A stretch of DNA of 64,000 bases from Candidatus Obscuribacterales bacterium (GCA_965228855.1 CBDDIJ010000005.1:1184001-1248000), one strand, 5' to 3'; numbered from the stretch's first letter, positions 50,679 to 60,809 are shown. Notes: generated by a model from the letters alone, not told the origin. Translations and numbers: made by a program.

Positions 50679-51962
50679 ATGGTGGCCACGATGCCTAGCT
50701 CGGTTCCGACGATGGAATGTGAAAGTCCGCACTTCCTGATGGCCCAACGCCAACTCGATGAAATCGCCGCTGAAATGGGATTACCCTCACAGTTGCACGA
50801 GCGCCTTCGCTACCCGAAGCGCTCGATGGTAGTGACAATCCCGGTTCGCATGGACGACGGTCTGGTAAAAACCTTTACGGGCTATCGCGTTCACCACGAT
50901 GTGGCTCTGGGACCGGCCAAGGGTGGTATCCGTTTTCACCCTGAGGTGAATCTGGGCGAAGTCGCGTCGCTCGCGATGCTGATGACCTGGAAATGCGCGC
51001 TTATGGGCTTGCCTTACGGGGGCGCCAAGGGCGGCATCAGATGCAAGCCCTGGCAAATGTCGCTCGGCGAACAAGAGCGTCTCACCCGCCGCTACACCTC
51101 TGAAATTATCAATCTTCTCGGACCTGACAAAGACATTCCGGCACCGGACATGTATACGAACGAGCAGACCATGGCGTGGATCATGGACACCTATTCAATC
51201 AACGTCGGTCATACCGTACCTTCTGTAGTAACAGGAAAACCGGTTTCCATCGGAGGTTCGCTCGGACGTCACGAAGCGACCGGTCGAGGTGTCGCCTATT
51301 GCGCCCGTCGAGCCGTTAAGCATCACAATCTCAACGTCGAACAACCGACCGTAGTCGTTCAAGGTTTCGGCAACGTAGGTTCAATCGCAGCCAAGCAACT
51401 CTATTCATCGGGCTACAAGATCGTCGCTGTATCCGATGTACACGGCGGCATCCGCAACGAGGAAGGTCTCGATATTCCGCGCCTGATGGCCTATATGTCG
51501 GAATTCGGTCGAGTCGCCGGCTTCCCGAACTCAACGACAATCAGCAACGCCGAGTTGCTTTCCACCAAGTGCGACATCCTTATCCCAGCCGCGCTAGGAA
51601 ACCAGCTCAAAGAAGACAATATGGAATCGCTCGATTGCAAAATCGTAGTGGAAGGGGCTAACGGTCCGACCAGCCCAGAAGCCGACATTTACTTGCATGA
51701 GAAAGGCGTCCTGGTTGTTCCCGACATTCTCGCGAACGCAGGCGGCGTGACCGTCAGCTATTTCGAGTGGGTTCAGGGACTGATGCAGCTGTTCTGGACC
51801 GAACAAGAAGTCAACGAACGTCTCGAGCAGATTATGGGACGCGCTTGCGATCGAGTATTTGCGCTTTCGCAAGAACGCAATCTCAGACCGAGAATGGCGG
51901 CACTGAGACTTGGTGTATCGACAATCGCTGAAGCAAAACGCCTCCGCGGTTTATATCCATAA
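50679..51962 (+). CDS. gdhA: Glu/Leu/Phe/Val dehydrogenase (glutamate dehydrogenase)
   Basis: GPAKGGIRFH, PYGGAKGG, DIPAPD, QGFGNVG and PDILANAGGVTVSYFEWVQ motifs. GGAGG RBS. Confidence 0.93.
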   Translation: MVATMPSSVPTMECESPHFLMAQRQLDEIAAEMGLPSQLHERLRYPKRSMVVTIPVRMDDGLVKTFTGYRVHHDVALGPAKGGIRFHPEVNLGEVASLAMLMTWKCALMGLPYGGAKGGIRCKPWQMSLGEQERLTRRYTSEIINLLGPDKDIPAPDMYTNEQTMAWIMDTYSINVGHTVPSVVTGKPVSIGGSLGRHEATGRGVAYCARRAVKHHNLNVEQPTVVVQGFGNVGSIAAKQLYSSGYKIVAVSDVHGGIRNEEGLDIPRLMAYMSEFGRVAGFPNSTTISNAELLSTKCDILIPAALGNQLKEDNMESLDCKIVVEGANGPTSPEADIYLHEKGVLVVPDILANAGGVTVSYFEWVQGLMQLFWTEQEVNERLEQIMGRACDRVFALSQERNLRPRMAALRLGVSTIAEAKRLRGLYP

Positions 51963-52160
51963 ACCGAGCGTCCGAGAATAAATCGGCGCAAGACCGCATA
52001 CGTTCGCAAAACCCCGTTCTCATCGAAGCTCTGCGAAAAAGGCTGACGGTAGCGGTACATATTGATTCAACCTGGGAACAAAAGTTTGGAGGTCTCTCAA
52101 GTCCTTTGAGCGCCTTTCTCTGGTAGCCTTAGTAATACTGCTCTCAATACTGGAATTCAG

Positions 52161-53864
52161 ATGTTCGGCGGCAACAAACCCCAAAGTGGTCCTGGTCACG
52201 CACAACAAAAAACGGTTCGTCTGCCAAAACAGATGGCGATCCCGAGTTACGGCGACGTCCAGTTTCTGATGCAGGAAGCGCAGAAAATGGCAGGGCGCAT
52301 TGTTGAGCTTCCCTTTTCGAGCGCTGACAAGAAAACTGATTTCGTATTGTCCGTTCGATATGAGCCACGCGAAATAGATCCCGACCAGTCGATGGATCCG
52401 GAATGGCTTCTCTGGCAGTATTCAGGTGGTCCCGGCAAGATCATGTGGAAGCACCCCTGCCGCGACTTGAGTTTGATTTGTAATTTAATTTTGCAGGCTG
52501 GTGGCGGCGACGCGCTTCAAGACGTAATCCCGTCCAGTGCCATGATGACCGCCGGCGGAACCGGTGACACGCAGGCTAATTCGACGGGCGCATACAATCC
52601 GGTGGCCACGACGAGCGGTTTAGCACCTACGCGCATGACCCTCCCAGGTGCGCCGGCGATGCCGGACAACACCACCATCATGTTCGATCCCCCGAGATTG
52701 GGAGCCAAAGCCACTCTTGAAGGTGACCTGAATAAACTTCAGGTTCCAAACCTTTTGCAATCTATAAATCTGGCCAAGATGACAGGCCGACTCGATATTA
52801 AAACCAAAGTCGATGCCTGCCAGGTGTTTTTCCAGGAAGGAATTCCTCTGCACTGTCAGGTAGCTGACAACCAGGGCGACTCGGCGCTTGCTGAATTGAT
52901 AACCTGGACATCAGGTGAGTTTCGTTTCTGGCCGGACGAAAAAAACAACGACCGTACAGTCAACAAAAGGCTGGACGCTATTCTCATGGAAGGCGTCACG
53001 CTTCTCGACCAGTGGAAGTACCTGGAGACCGCAGGTCTCAAGCAAGAGTCCTGCCTGGTTCGCAAAAATGCGATGATGTCCGAGCAAGAGCTGAGCGCAC
53101 GTCTCGAGAAAGGCGCGCCACTGCCGCTTGAACAACAAATTGAATTCTATGACATGGTCGACAATCGCAACACGCTCTCCGACCTGTTGCGCAAACGCCC
53201 AATGCAAAAGACGCAGTGGGTGCCACTTTTGTTTAACCTGGTCAGCTGCGGTCTCGTCCAGATCACAGACCAGGCGCCGACCCAAAACCGCCTGGCGCGA
53301 CTGAAGTCGATCGGCGTCGATGAGAACCAATTCCAGAGCGTAATTAAAACTCTTACTCGCTCGGAAACAGGAATCTTCAACTACTACGCTTTCATCTATT
53401 TCCTCGAGCAGGAATATCTGCGATACGAGTATTTCAACTTGCCGTTCTCGCTGATTGTTTTCAGCCTTGGAATTCGCAAGGGTGGAGATGATAGCCCGGT
53501 TGTCGAAGCTCTGCAAATGATTGCTATCCGACGGGCCATGCAACGGATTGGCCTGGTCAAACGGCAAATCGATACGCTCGGTCATTATGAGACTTTTGAT
53601 TATGCGCTACTGTTGCCAAACACAAACGCCGCAGCTGCAGCAGCTCTTGCAAATAGAATCAGCGACGTACTACGAGAAGCACCATTATCATCCGATATGG
53701 ACTCCCGAGCTCTGGCACTCGCTTTTGGCGTAGCCACCGTTCCAGAGGACTCGGTTGACCTGGACCGCCTGATTCAAGCAGCAAAACGCGCGCGAGACGA
53801 AGCGAAAAACGGCAAACGCCGTGTGGTGCTCGCTCGCGACCTAGCCCTGCCGAAAGATCAGTAA
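52161..53864 (+). CDS. DUF4388 domain protein with degenerate GGDEF-like C-terminal domain
   Basis: LEGDL...VPNLLQSI..AKMTGRL..F.EG..H DUF4388 pattern. The C-terminal GGDEF fold has HYETFDY in place of the active-site motif. Confidence 0.78.
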   Translation: MFGGNKPQSGPGHAQQKTVRLPKQMAIPSYGDVQFLMQEAQKMAGRIVELPFSSADKKTDFVLSVRYEPREIDPDQSMDPEWLLWQYSGGPGKIMWKHPCRDLSLICNLILQAGGGDALQDVIPSSAMMTAGGTGDTQANSTGAYNPVATTSGLAPTRMTLPGAPAMPDNTTIMFDPPRLGAKATLEGDLNKLQVPNLLQSINLAKMTGRLDIKTKVDACQVFFQEGIPLHCQVADNQGDSALAELITWTSGEFRFWPDEKNNDRTVNKRLDAILMEGVTLLDQWKYLETAGLKQESCLVRKNAMMSEQELSARLEKGAPLPLEQQIEFYDMVDNRNTLSDLLRKRPMQKTQWVPLLFNLVSCGLVQITDQAPTQNRLARLKSIGVDENQFQSVIKTLTRSETGIFNYYAFIYFLEQEYLRYEYFNLPFSLIVFSLGIRKGGDDSPVVEALQMIAIRRAMQRIGLVKRQIDTLGHYETFDYALLLPNTNAAAAAALANRISDVLREAPLSSDMDSRALALAFGVATVPEDSVDLDRLIQAAKRARDEAKNGKRRVVLARDLALPKDQ

Positions 53865-54005
53865 TTTAAAAGAGACCGAGCACAGAATGCAACCGCTGTG
53901 AGCATTCGCAGGCGGAGCAGTGGATTTTTGTTTCTACTGAGCCAGAATGGTTTTGATAAATTCCGAAAGGCTGATTGGTGCGGCATCCCCAGAGATTAAA
54001 TGTCC

Positions 54006-54033
54006 TTGACATCGAAACTGATTCAACTAATAT
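54006..54033 (+). promoter_or_regulatory. Candidate sigma70-type promoter
   Basis: TTGACA-N16-TAATAT about 60 nt upstream of ATG 54093. Confidence 0.45.
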
Positions 54034-54092
54034 AGGAGTTGCAGTTTATGTGCCTCGTTTAATCTTTGACCACATCGCTCTAATACTCGGGA

Positions 54093-55322
54093 ATGGCATT
54101 TTTTAACCACAACCATTCCGGCAGCTGGCCCGAAGTCGGACTCACTGGACCAAATCTAGATAGCACCGCTGGTTCTTCAACCGAATCGCTCAGCTGGACG
54201 GACATACAAAGAGCACTTGATCCAGCATCAAGTCTCAATAAGCTTGACTCCGCCTCAAGCTTGAATGCCATGAATTACGGCAAAGGCGCCTTCGCGCGTT
54301 CCGGAGCCGACTTCCCGAATAATAACTATGATGGCAAGACTGACGCGACACCTGCCGTTCCTTCACTCGGTATCCAGGAATCGCCCACACGCATGCACTC
54401 AAATGACATAACCACTCAATACGGAGAGGGACTCGGTCTCGCTCCAGCCGGCGTTTCGCCCTTCCGCGGGATCGTCGACCAAAATGATTTTTTCAACAGC
54501 GGAAGAAACAAATCAGCTGAACTACGGAGCACCGAAGTCCTGACCGGCGACAATCGGCGGGAAATTGCGATGGATTCAAGCCTGGCTCCTCAACCGGTTC
54601 TTGAAGGACCGGCACGCGTAGTTCTGCCACGACTCAACTCATCGCTTTTACGCGTCATCGGCAATATGCAGAAGCAAAACGCCGACGGAGCTCAACGTGA
54701 GTTGCCGAAAGCATTGACTAATGCCAACGAAACGCCGGACGCTAAACTGGCGATCGGACTGGCGATCGCTCCCGGCGCAGAAGTGCATGACAAGGCACTC
54801 GTAGCCCGAGCAAAGGTTCGCCTGGAGCCGTCCGTCAGGCACGACGCCGAACCGAAGGCGGACGTCGCCGAGGGCAAGCTCAATGCGGAAGAAACAGTTC
54901 AGGCTCGCATCGAGCAGGAAGAAACCAGACCGCTCGCCGACCCTTTCCGGCACGTCTTCGAGCAGCATGCCAAGATCGCAGAAAAGTTCGACGGCAGCAA
55001 TTGCAAGTACGGACGCACCACGCTTCTTCCTGACGGACGCACCGTGACGAGTTCGACAGCATCGGACAATACAACCCTCACCAAAACGACCGGCGAGAAT
55101 GGCGCCAATTCAATGGTTGTGCACGATCGGTATCGCAGACCGACCACCGAGCAGGAGACTATGCCTGACGGAACATGGAAGTTCTCAGAACTCTCCTATG
55201 ATGATTCCAAAGGTATCAAGCCATTCTGCTCGCAAAAGATAACGGTAAATTCCGACGGCACGATGGAACTCTCCAAGTACAACAAAATCGGACAACTCGC
55301 ATCCAAGCAGATATTCGCCTGA
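54093..55322 (+). CDS. Hypothetical protein with C-terminal YD-like beta repeats
   Basis: 409-aa ORF; HDRYRRP, SYDDSKG and KYNKIGQL hairpin-like repeats at the C-terminus. Confidence 0.6.
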   Translation: MAFFNHNHSGSWPEVGLTGPNLDSTAGSSTESLSWTDIQRALDPASSLNKLDSASSLNAMNYGKGAFARSGADFPNNNYDGKTDATPAVPSLGIQESPTRMHSNDITTQYGEGLGLAPAGVSPFRGIVDQNDFFNSGRNKSAELRSTEVLTGDNRREIAMDSSLAPQPVLEGPARVVLPRLNSSLLRVIGNMQKQNADGAQRELPKALTNANETPDAKLAIGLAIAPGAEVHDKALVARAKVRLEPSVRHDAEPKADVAEGKLNAEETVQARIEQEETRPLADPFRHVFEQHAKIAEKFDGSNCKYGRTTLLPDGRTVTSSTASDNTTLTKTTGENGANSMVVHDRYRRPTTEQETMPDGTWKFSELSYDDSKGIKPFCSQKITVNSDGTMELSKYNKIGQLASKQIFA

Positions 55323-55513
55323 CGCTCCTTAGCTGAAAACATCGCCGCGTGCCGTTCCTGAACTGGGCGCGGGATCAGAAAACTTGATGCAAGTTCGTGA
55401 TTACAAGTGCATCGGCGCGATTCGCATCGGTTAAGATAACTGCGCGCGGGAATCTTGTTCACGCGCGTAGTTACGCGTCGAATTAAACTAAAACTTCAAC
55501 AGGTCCGATAACG

Positions 55514-56062
55514 ATGACCTCTAATCACAGTTGTAAAGCCAATGCAACGACAATTTCGCTTGTCCGCGGCGACATCACCAGACAGGAAGTGGACGCAATC
55601 GTAAACGCGGCCAACTCCGGTCTTATGGGAGGCGGCGGCGTTGACGGCGCCATCCACCGCGCCGGCGGACCGGACATCCTCAAAGAATGCAAAGAAATCG
55701 TCGCAGTCCAGGGTAAGTGTCCGGCGGGGCAGGCTGTAATCACAGGTGGTGGCAAGCTGCCTGCGAAGTACGTTATCCATGCGGTCGGTCCTATCTGGCG
55801 TGGCGGCAGTAGCAGCGAAGAAGAGAAACTGGCAAGCGCGTACCGAGAATGCCTCAAGCTGGCAGTTCAATATGAAGCTAAAACTGTCGCCTTTCCGTCA
55901 ATTTCGACCGGCGCCTATGGTTTTCCTACTGATAAAGCTTCTCAGATTGCAATCTCCGAAGCGCGGGAGTTCTGCGCGGGGAATAACAATTTAGAGGAGA
56001 TCAGATTCGTCCTCTTTGACGAACGCACATATGATTTTTTCAAAAGTGCGTTGGATCAATGA
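55514..56062 (+). CDS. Macrodomain O-acetyl-ADP-ribose deacetylase (YmdB-like)
   Basis: GDIT..VDAIVNAANS.L.GGGGVDGAIH, VIHAVGP and AFPSISTGAYGFP motifs. Confidence 0.92.
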   Translation: MTSNHSCKANATTISLVRGDITRQEVDAIVNAANSGLMGGGGVDGAIHRAGGPDILKECKEIVAVQGKCPAGQAVITGGGKLPAKYVIHAVGPIWRGGSSSEEEKLASAYRECLKLAVQYEAKTVAFPSISTGAYGFPTDKASQIAISEAREFCAGNNNLEEIRFVLFDERTYDFFKSALDQ

Positions 56063-56181
56063 AAAGTATCGCGTTCGGGGCACAACCAAATGTGTGTGCG
56101 TTTTTTGACTCGAAGCTAGTCGACGGGTCAATCGGAATCCATTTTTAGCCAGGCTGGGCTGGGGAGCATTTGTAAGAGCTA

Positions 56182-59100
56182 GTGTCGTCATCTATCTTTC
56201 GAAGATTTTCGAGTAGCGCCAGGCTTGGTGACCTTTTGGTGCAGGCAGGCATTCTGACGCCTGCGCAGTTGCAGGAGGCGATGCGTTCATCGCGTTCGAA
56301 GAAGCTGCAAATCGGTCAAGTACTGGTAATGTCGGGCTATATGACCGCCCGCGACCTGCAGATTGTGCTTGAAGCGCAATCCATGTTGCGAGACCGTACT
56401 ATCGACCTCAACCTCGCTATTCAATGTATAAAAGTCGCCCGCAAAATCGGCGGTAATTTCTCGGATGTACTCGAGGATTACGACCAGAACGCCGCTCAGC
56501 GAGCGCGAACCGGCAAGCTCGGAGAGCTGCTGTTCGAAGCTGGTCTGGTAAGCGAAGAAGATTTATCAGAAGCGATGGAACGCAGTGTCAACACGGGCAT
56601 GCCCCTGGGGAGGATGCTTGTTTTAAACCGCATATTGCCCAGCGAAGTTCTTCAAAAAGCGCTTGAAGTACAAGTTCGTCTGCGCGATGAAGTTGTTTCA
56701 CGAGAAGAAGCAATACTGGAGTTACGTCAGGCAGCCGGTCTCGAAGGTGCACCTGCCGAACAACCCAAAGCCGAAGAGAAGAAAAAACCGCTTGTGCGGC
56801 TCGGCGAACTTCTGGTTATGGCAGGCATTCTGACTGAAACCGACGTCATGGATGCGCTTGAATGGGGGCTTGCCAATCAACAGCCGATTGGAGTCGTCCT
56901 GGTTTCGCAGGAGCTTATTTCGAAGGAACTTCTGGACGCAGCGTTGTTTTTCCAGGAAGCTGTTCGCGACGGAAAAATCGACGCTATGAAAGCGTGCGAA
57001 CTGTTGTCGGAAGTTTTCTCTACCGGTGTCAGCCCTGAAGAAGCTCTAGCCGAGGCGGCTCCCAGCAACAAACGCGAAGAACCGGAAGTTCCGCCTATTA
57101 CATATCAGCAATTGCTCACACTCTCGCGTGTTTGCACTGATGAAGATATTGAAAGCGCTTTTGAGTTGAAACGACACGGCGCCGCCCTGATTGGAAAAGT
57201 GCTGGTACTGACGGGCTTAATGGATGTGCCAACACTTCAAGCTACGCTGCGATGCTATCAAATGGTCGCGAAAGGTTGGCTCAATCCTGACGATGCAATT
57301 GCAACGCTCGATTACTGCCTTCACAAGGGTGACCAGATCATTTCATTCGAGCAAGGCTTGCGCGATCTGAAGTGGACGCCGGAAAGCGGGCTCAAGATGC
57401 GTGGCGAAGCCGGCACCGAAAGTAGTACCACTACGCCGAAAGTCTCCGAATCGAAAGCTCAAACCCCTGAAGAAAAGGAAGCCGCTCGCAAGGCGCTCAA
57501 AGAGTCGATTCGCAAAGTCACTGCTGAGGCACTGGGAGAGAGCGCATTGAGTCCAGCATCACCGGCGGAAGCGACAGTAGAAGAGCCGGCTCTCGCAGAT
57601 TCAGATGAAGACGATGATGATGACGAAGAATTCGTTCTGACAAATGTTTTGGAAAGAACGCTCGCCGAATCCGAGGCCGCCTCAAACGATCAGGTAGAAC
57701 AGGCAGAGTCAAAAGCCGCTGGTAAAGCGGCGGCAGAAAAAGCGGCAGCAAGCCTCTCGGAAAAGATTGCGGCGGAACGAGAACGCTCAGAAGCAGCTCA
57801 AGAGTCGGTAGCCGCGAAGAAGTCCGTCGAACCCTCCGCGGCTAAGTCAAAAAGAGGTAAGGACGCGGAGCATGCAGAAGCCGATGCAGAGCCGAAGTCT
57901 GATTTAGGCGCTCCAGCCGAAAGTAAAGCTGAAGCAGAATCGCAGCCGGCGGACGAAGACGACGCAAACGCTAAACCGACTCAAGAAGATAACGCAGACG
58001 AAGACGACGCTAAAGCTGCTGACGATGCTAAAGCCGCAGAAGAAGCCAAAGCTGCGGAAGAATCAAAATTGGCCGAAGAAGCCAGAGCTAAAGAAGAGGC
58101 CAAAGCTGCCGAAGAGGCCAGAGCTGCTGAAGAAGCCAGAGCTGCTGAAGAAGCCAGAGCTGCTGAAGAAGCCAGAGCCGCTGAAGAAGCCAGAGCCGCT
58201 GAAGAAGCCAGAGCCGCTGAAGAAGCCAAAGCTGCTGAAGAAGCTAAAGCAGCTGAAGAAGCTAAAGCAGCTGAAGAAGCTAAAGCTGCAACCGCTGCTA
58301 GCGAGGCCAAGGCAGCAGAGGAGGCTAAAGCGGCAGCCGAGCAAGCGGCTGCTGAGAAAGCAGCCGCCGAGAAAGCACCCTCAGAAGCTTCCTCTTCGCC
58401 AGAACCGGCTTCGGAGCTCGCTCCTGCAGCTAAATCAAGTCGCAAGAAGATGCCGGTTGACATGGATGAAGATGACGATAACGACACCAGAGTCGTCGCT
58501 TCCAGCGAACCATCATTGGCACGAGCATTAAACTCGTTATTTGACAACGGCTTCGACGATGATGAACCACCACTCTCATCGAACAACGACAAACTCACCG
58601 AGCCGCAAGAACGTGAAGCGGCCGAGCCTGCAGAAGAAAACTCTGCTGGTGGCCTCAAAAATCTCCTCCGAGGATTGATCGGTGACGAAGAAGACGACGA
58701 AGAACCCGCTGAGAAGCCGGCGGAAACCGCCAAAGCAGAAGTTTTTGCCGGCAGTACTGCCGCTAAAAAGGCAGCGAACGCAGCATCAAGTGGTAGCGCC
58801 GGTGGTTCTTCCGGCAAAGAAGTAATCGCAAAATCAGACGATGCCGAACCAACATCGACTAACGGCGAGTCCAAGCCGGATTCAGAGCTCAGTGAGATCG
58901 AGCGCGCAGAAGTGAAACTGGAAGAGACTGAGGCGAAAAATGACGCGATAAAAGATGAGGCGGACTCGGCAGAACCTGTAACCGAGCCGACCCCGGACGA
59001 AGTTGCAATTGAAGATATTGCAAAACTGTCCGCAGAACAGCTCCTCGTCGAAATCATGAAAACGGCCCAAAATCCGGAAATCAAAGTCACGTCCAAACGC

Positions 59101-59733
59101 GGCGGCAGATTCTCAGAAACAATCCTGCCCGAAGACGCCAAGGCAAGACAGCTGGCTAAGCTCGTCGGTAAGGAAGCCTCAAAAGATCTTGCTGAAAAAC
59201 TATCATTCGACCAGGCAGGTGAAAAGAGTGAAGAACCAGTAGACACCGCATTCGGACGCCTGGCTGAGACTTACTTTGAACAGGGCAACTACAAGGAAGC
59301 TCAAGTCATTTACGAACGTATGCTCGTCAACCGGCTCAACGAGCTGGGTCCAGACAACCCGGCCCTCGTCGAAGACTACAATAACCTGGCGATGACGCTT
59401 TGTGTTCAGGGTCGCTTTGATAAAGCGGAGCCGTTCATGAAACGAGCTGTCCACCTGTACGAAAGCGCCCCAACCCAAGATCAGATAGAGTTTGCAGACT
59501 ACCTGCACTCACTCGGCACCATCGAATATAAGCTTGAAAAACACAAAGATGCCGAAGAAATAATGCTACGCGTTGTGAGTATCCGACGAGAATCTCTGGA
59601 AGAGGATCACGAGGACATCGGCCGCGCACTGGCAGATTACGCCAAAGTTTTGAAAAAGCTCGGCAAAGACGAATCGGCTGAGTCCATATACAAAAAGGCT
59701 CGCGAAATTTTAAAGAAGCACCGCGATAAGTGA
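56182..59733 (+). CDS. Multi-MshEN-like (RLGxxL..G) repeat protein with charged helical linker and C-terminal TPRs
   Basis: RLGDLLVQAGIL, KLGELLFEAGLV and RLGELLVMAGIL modules; EEA(R/K)AA repeats; kinesin-light-chain-type TPRs (LAETYFEQGNY, NNLA..QGRFDKAE). Confidence 0.82.
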   Translation: MSSSIFRRFSSSARLGDLLVQAGILTPAQLQEAMRSSRSKKLQIGQVLVMSGYMTARDLQIVLEAQSMLRDRTIDLNLAIQCIKVARKIGGNFSDVLEDYDQNAAQRARTGKLGELLFEAGLVSEEDLSEAMERSVNTGMPLGRMLVLNRILPSEVLQKALEVQVRLRDEVVSREEAILELRQAAGLEGAPAEQPKAEEKKKPLVRLGELLVMAGILTETDVMDALEWGLANQQPIGVVLVSQELISKELLDAALFFQEAVRDGKIDAMKACELLSEVFSTGVSPEEALAEAAPSNKREEPEVPPITYQQLLTLSRVCTDEDIESAFELKRHGAALIGKVLVLTGLMDVPTLQATLRCYQMVAKGWLNPDDAIATLDYCLHKGDQIISFEQGLRDLKWTPESGLKMRGEAGTESSTTTPKVSESKAQTPEEKEAARKALKESIRKVTAEALGESALSPASPAEATVEEPALADSDEDDDDDEEFVLTNVLERTLAESEAASNDQVEQAESKAAGKAAAEKAAASLSEKIAAERERSEAAQESVAAKKSVEPSAAKSKRGKDAEHAEADAEPKSDLGAPAESKAEAESQPADEDDANAKPTQEDNADEDDAKAADDAKAAEEAKAAEESKLAEEARAKEEAKAAEEARAAEEARAAEEARAAEEARAAEEARAAEEARAAEEAKAAEEAKAAEEAKAAEEAKAATAASEAKAAEEAKAAAEQAAAEKAAAEKAPSEASSSPEPASELAPAAKSSRKKMPVDMDEDDDNDTRVVASSEPSLARALNSLFDNGFDDDEPPLSSNNDKLTEPQEREAAEPAEENSAGGLKNLLRGLIGDEEDDEEPAEKPAETAKAEVFAGSTAAKKAANAASSGSAGGSSGKEVIAKSDDAEPTSTNGESKPDSELSEIERAEVKLEETEAKNDAIKDEADSAEPVTEPTPDEVAIEDIAKLSAEQLLVEIMKTAQNPEIKVTSKRGGRFSETILPEDAKARQLAKLVGKEASKDLAEKLSFDQAGEKSEEPVDTAFGRLAETYFEQGNYKEAQVIYERMLVNRLNELGPDNPALVEDYNNLAMTLCVQGRFDKAEPFMKRAVHLYESAPTQDQIEFADYLHSLGTIEYKLEKHKDAEEIMLRVVSIRRESLEEDHEDIGRALADYAKVLKKLGKDESAESIYKKAREILKKHRDK
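58003..58290 (+). repeat. 16 x 18-nt tandem repeat encoding EEA(R/K)AA
   Basis: Units such as GAAGAAGCCAGAGCTGCT and GAAGAAGCCAGAGCCGCT counted contiguously from 58003 to 58290. Confidence 0.92.
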
Positions 59734-59997
59734 TGGGCTGTGGGTCTTAAGGTCGGAAACGGCAAGCCACTGAGTATCATCGCAATTTCGCTCTGCTTAA
59801 TAGGAAGCGTTCTATTGTTGGCAATCGCGATCGAAAAGATTCCTCTGGGCACAGCATATGCGGTCTGGACCGGCATCGGCATAATTGGTACATTCGTTGT
59901 CGGCTGTGTTTGGTTAAACGAACCGGTCAATGGAGCTAGAATCGCATGGGCTGCGGTGATAGCCATCGGTGTTATCGGAATGGAATTGAGCCACTAA
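59734..59997 (+). pseudogene. 5'-truncated SMR/SugE(Gdx)-family transporter
   Basis: WAVGLK follows the upstream TGA directly. IPLGTAYAVWTGIG, EP and IGV.G are present; the start and essential Glu of TM1 are absent. Confidence 0.72.
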
Positions 59998-60626
59998 TGG
60001 AAAGAATTGAAAGATGGATAGCTGTTCGCGGTCGCCAATTTCGAGACATCAGGGAAGCACTACGCGCTAGCTCTGCCAGGCAACTTACTTCTCTCAAAGA
60101 ATACTTCGAGGAACGTTCAGACACCAGACGAAACGCGGCGGGAGCAGTCGTCGACGGGCGTGTATATGGCTTCCAGAACGACGACTGGTACATCTTGCTC
60201 ATGGGAAGAAACAACTGGCATTCAGTCGCCGGTGGCGATGCAGTCTCGCTCAGACTATCCGAAGAAAACGGTGAGGTCGTGAATACCGGTGTCGGACTCG
60301 ATTACGAGTGTAGCGATGCACGATTTTATCGCAACAACGAAAAACTCTGGTCGATAATTCACGATGCGAATAAGGGGCAATATCATCTTCAAACTTCAGG
60401 GAAGCTCCCTGATTGCTACGAGCGCATAAAAAATATCGTTCTAGATCCCTCACTTCCCGAACCACCGAAGGATGATTTCAGGTCGCTTGGACGAAAACAC
60501 GACCGTAAAAAATACAGAGAGAGCGCCGTTGAAGTTCCACTTCGCGTGAGCAGAGCGCTGACTGATTACACGTGGTCGATGGGAGTTACCGAGAACGACA
60601 TCATTCACTGTTTCGAACTCGGATAA
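59997..60626 (+). CDS. Hypothetical protein (possible immunity-type protein)
   Basis: TAATG coupling to the SMR remnant; WIAVRG...LS...EVV...WSI.HD...HL..SGKLP pattern. Confidence 0.6.
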   Translation: MERIERWIAVRGRQFRDIREALRASSARQLTSLKEYFEERSDTRRNAAGAVVDGRVYGFQNDDWYILLMGRNNWHSVAGGDAVSLRLSEENGEVVNTGVGLDYECSDARFYRNNEKLWSIIHDANKGQYHLQTSGKLPDCYERIKNIVLDPSLPEPPKDDFRSLGRKHDRKKYRESAVEVPLRVSRALTDYTWSMGVTENDIIHCFELG

Positions 60627-60809
60627 CAGAACGGCTTCGAATAGCAGAAAGCAGCTTGGATATGCTCGAGGATTTGCATCGATCTCGCCGTGATTCGTAA
60701 TGAATCTGCTCGCTTTCTCAATTGCCGTGAATTGAATTATCTTGTCAACGCGCTAATGGCGCGGCTTTGCGCATCGTCTGAATGGGTATCACCATAATGG
60801 GGGAGGATG

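Noticed and set aside
58003..58290. Regular repeats considered as a CRISPR array
   Set aside because: Contiguous in-frame 18-nt units without unique spacers; no cas genes in the window.
57981..59246. 421-aa minus-strand ORF with ALASSA repeats
   Set aside because: Antisense shadow of the EEA(R/K)AA repeat region of the + strand gene; no independent coding signal.
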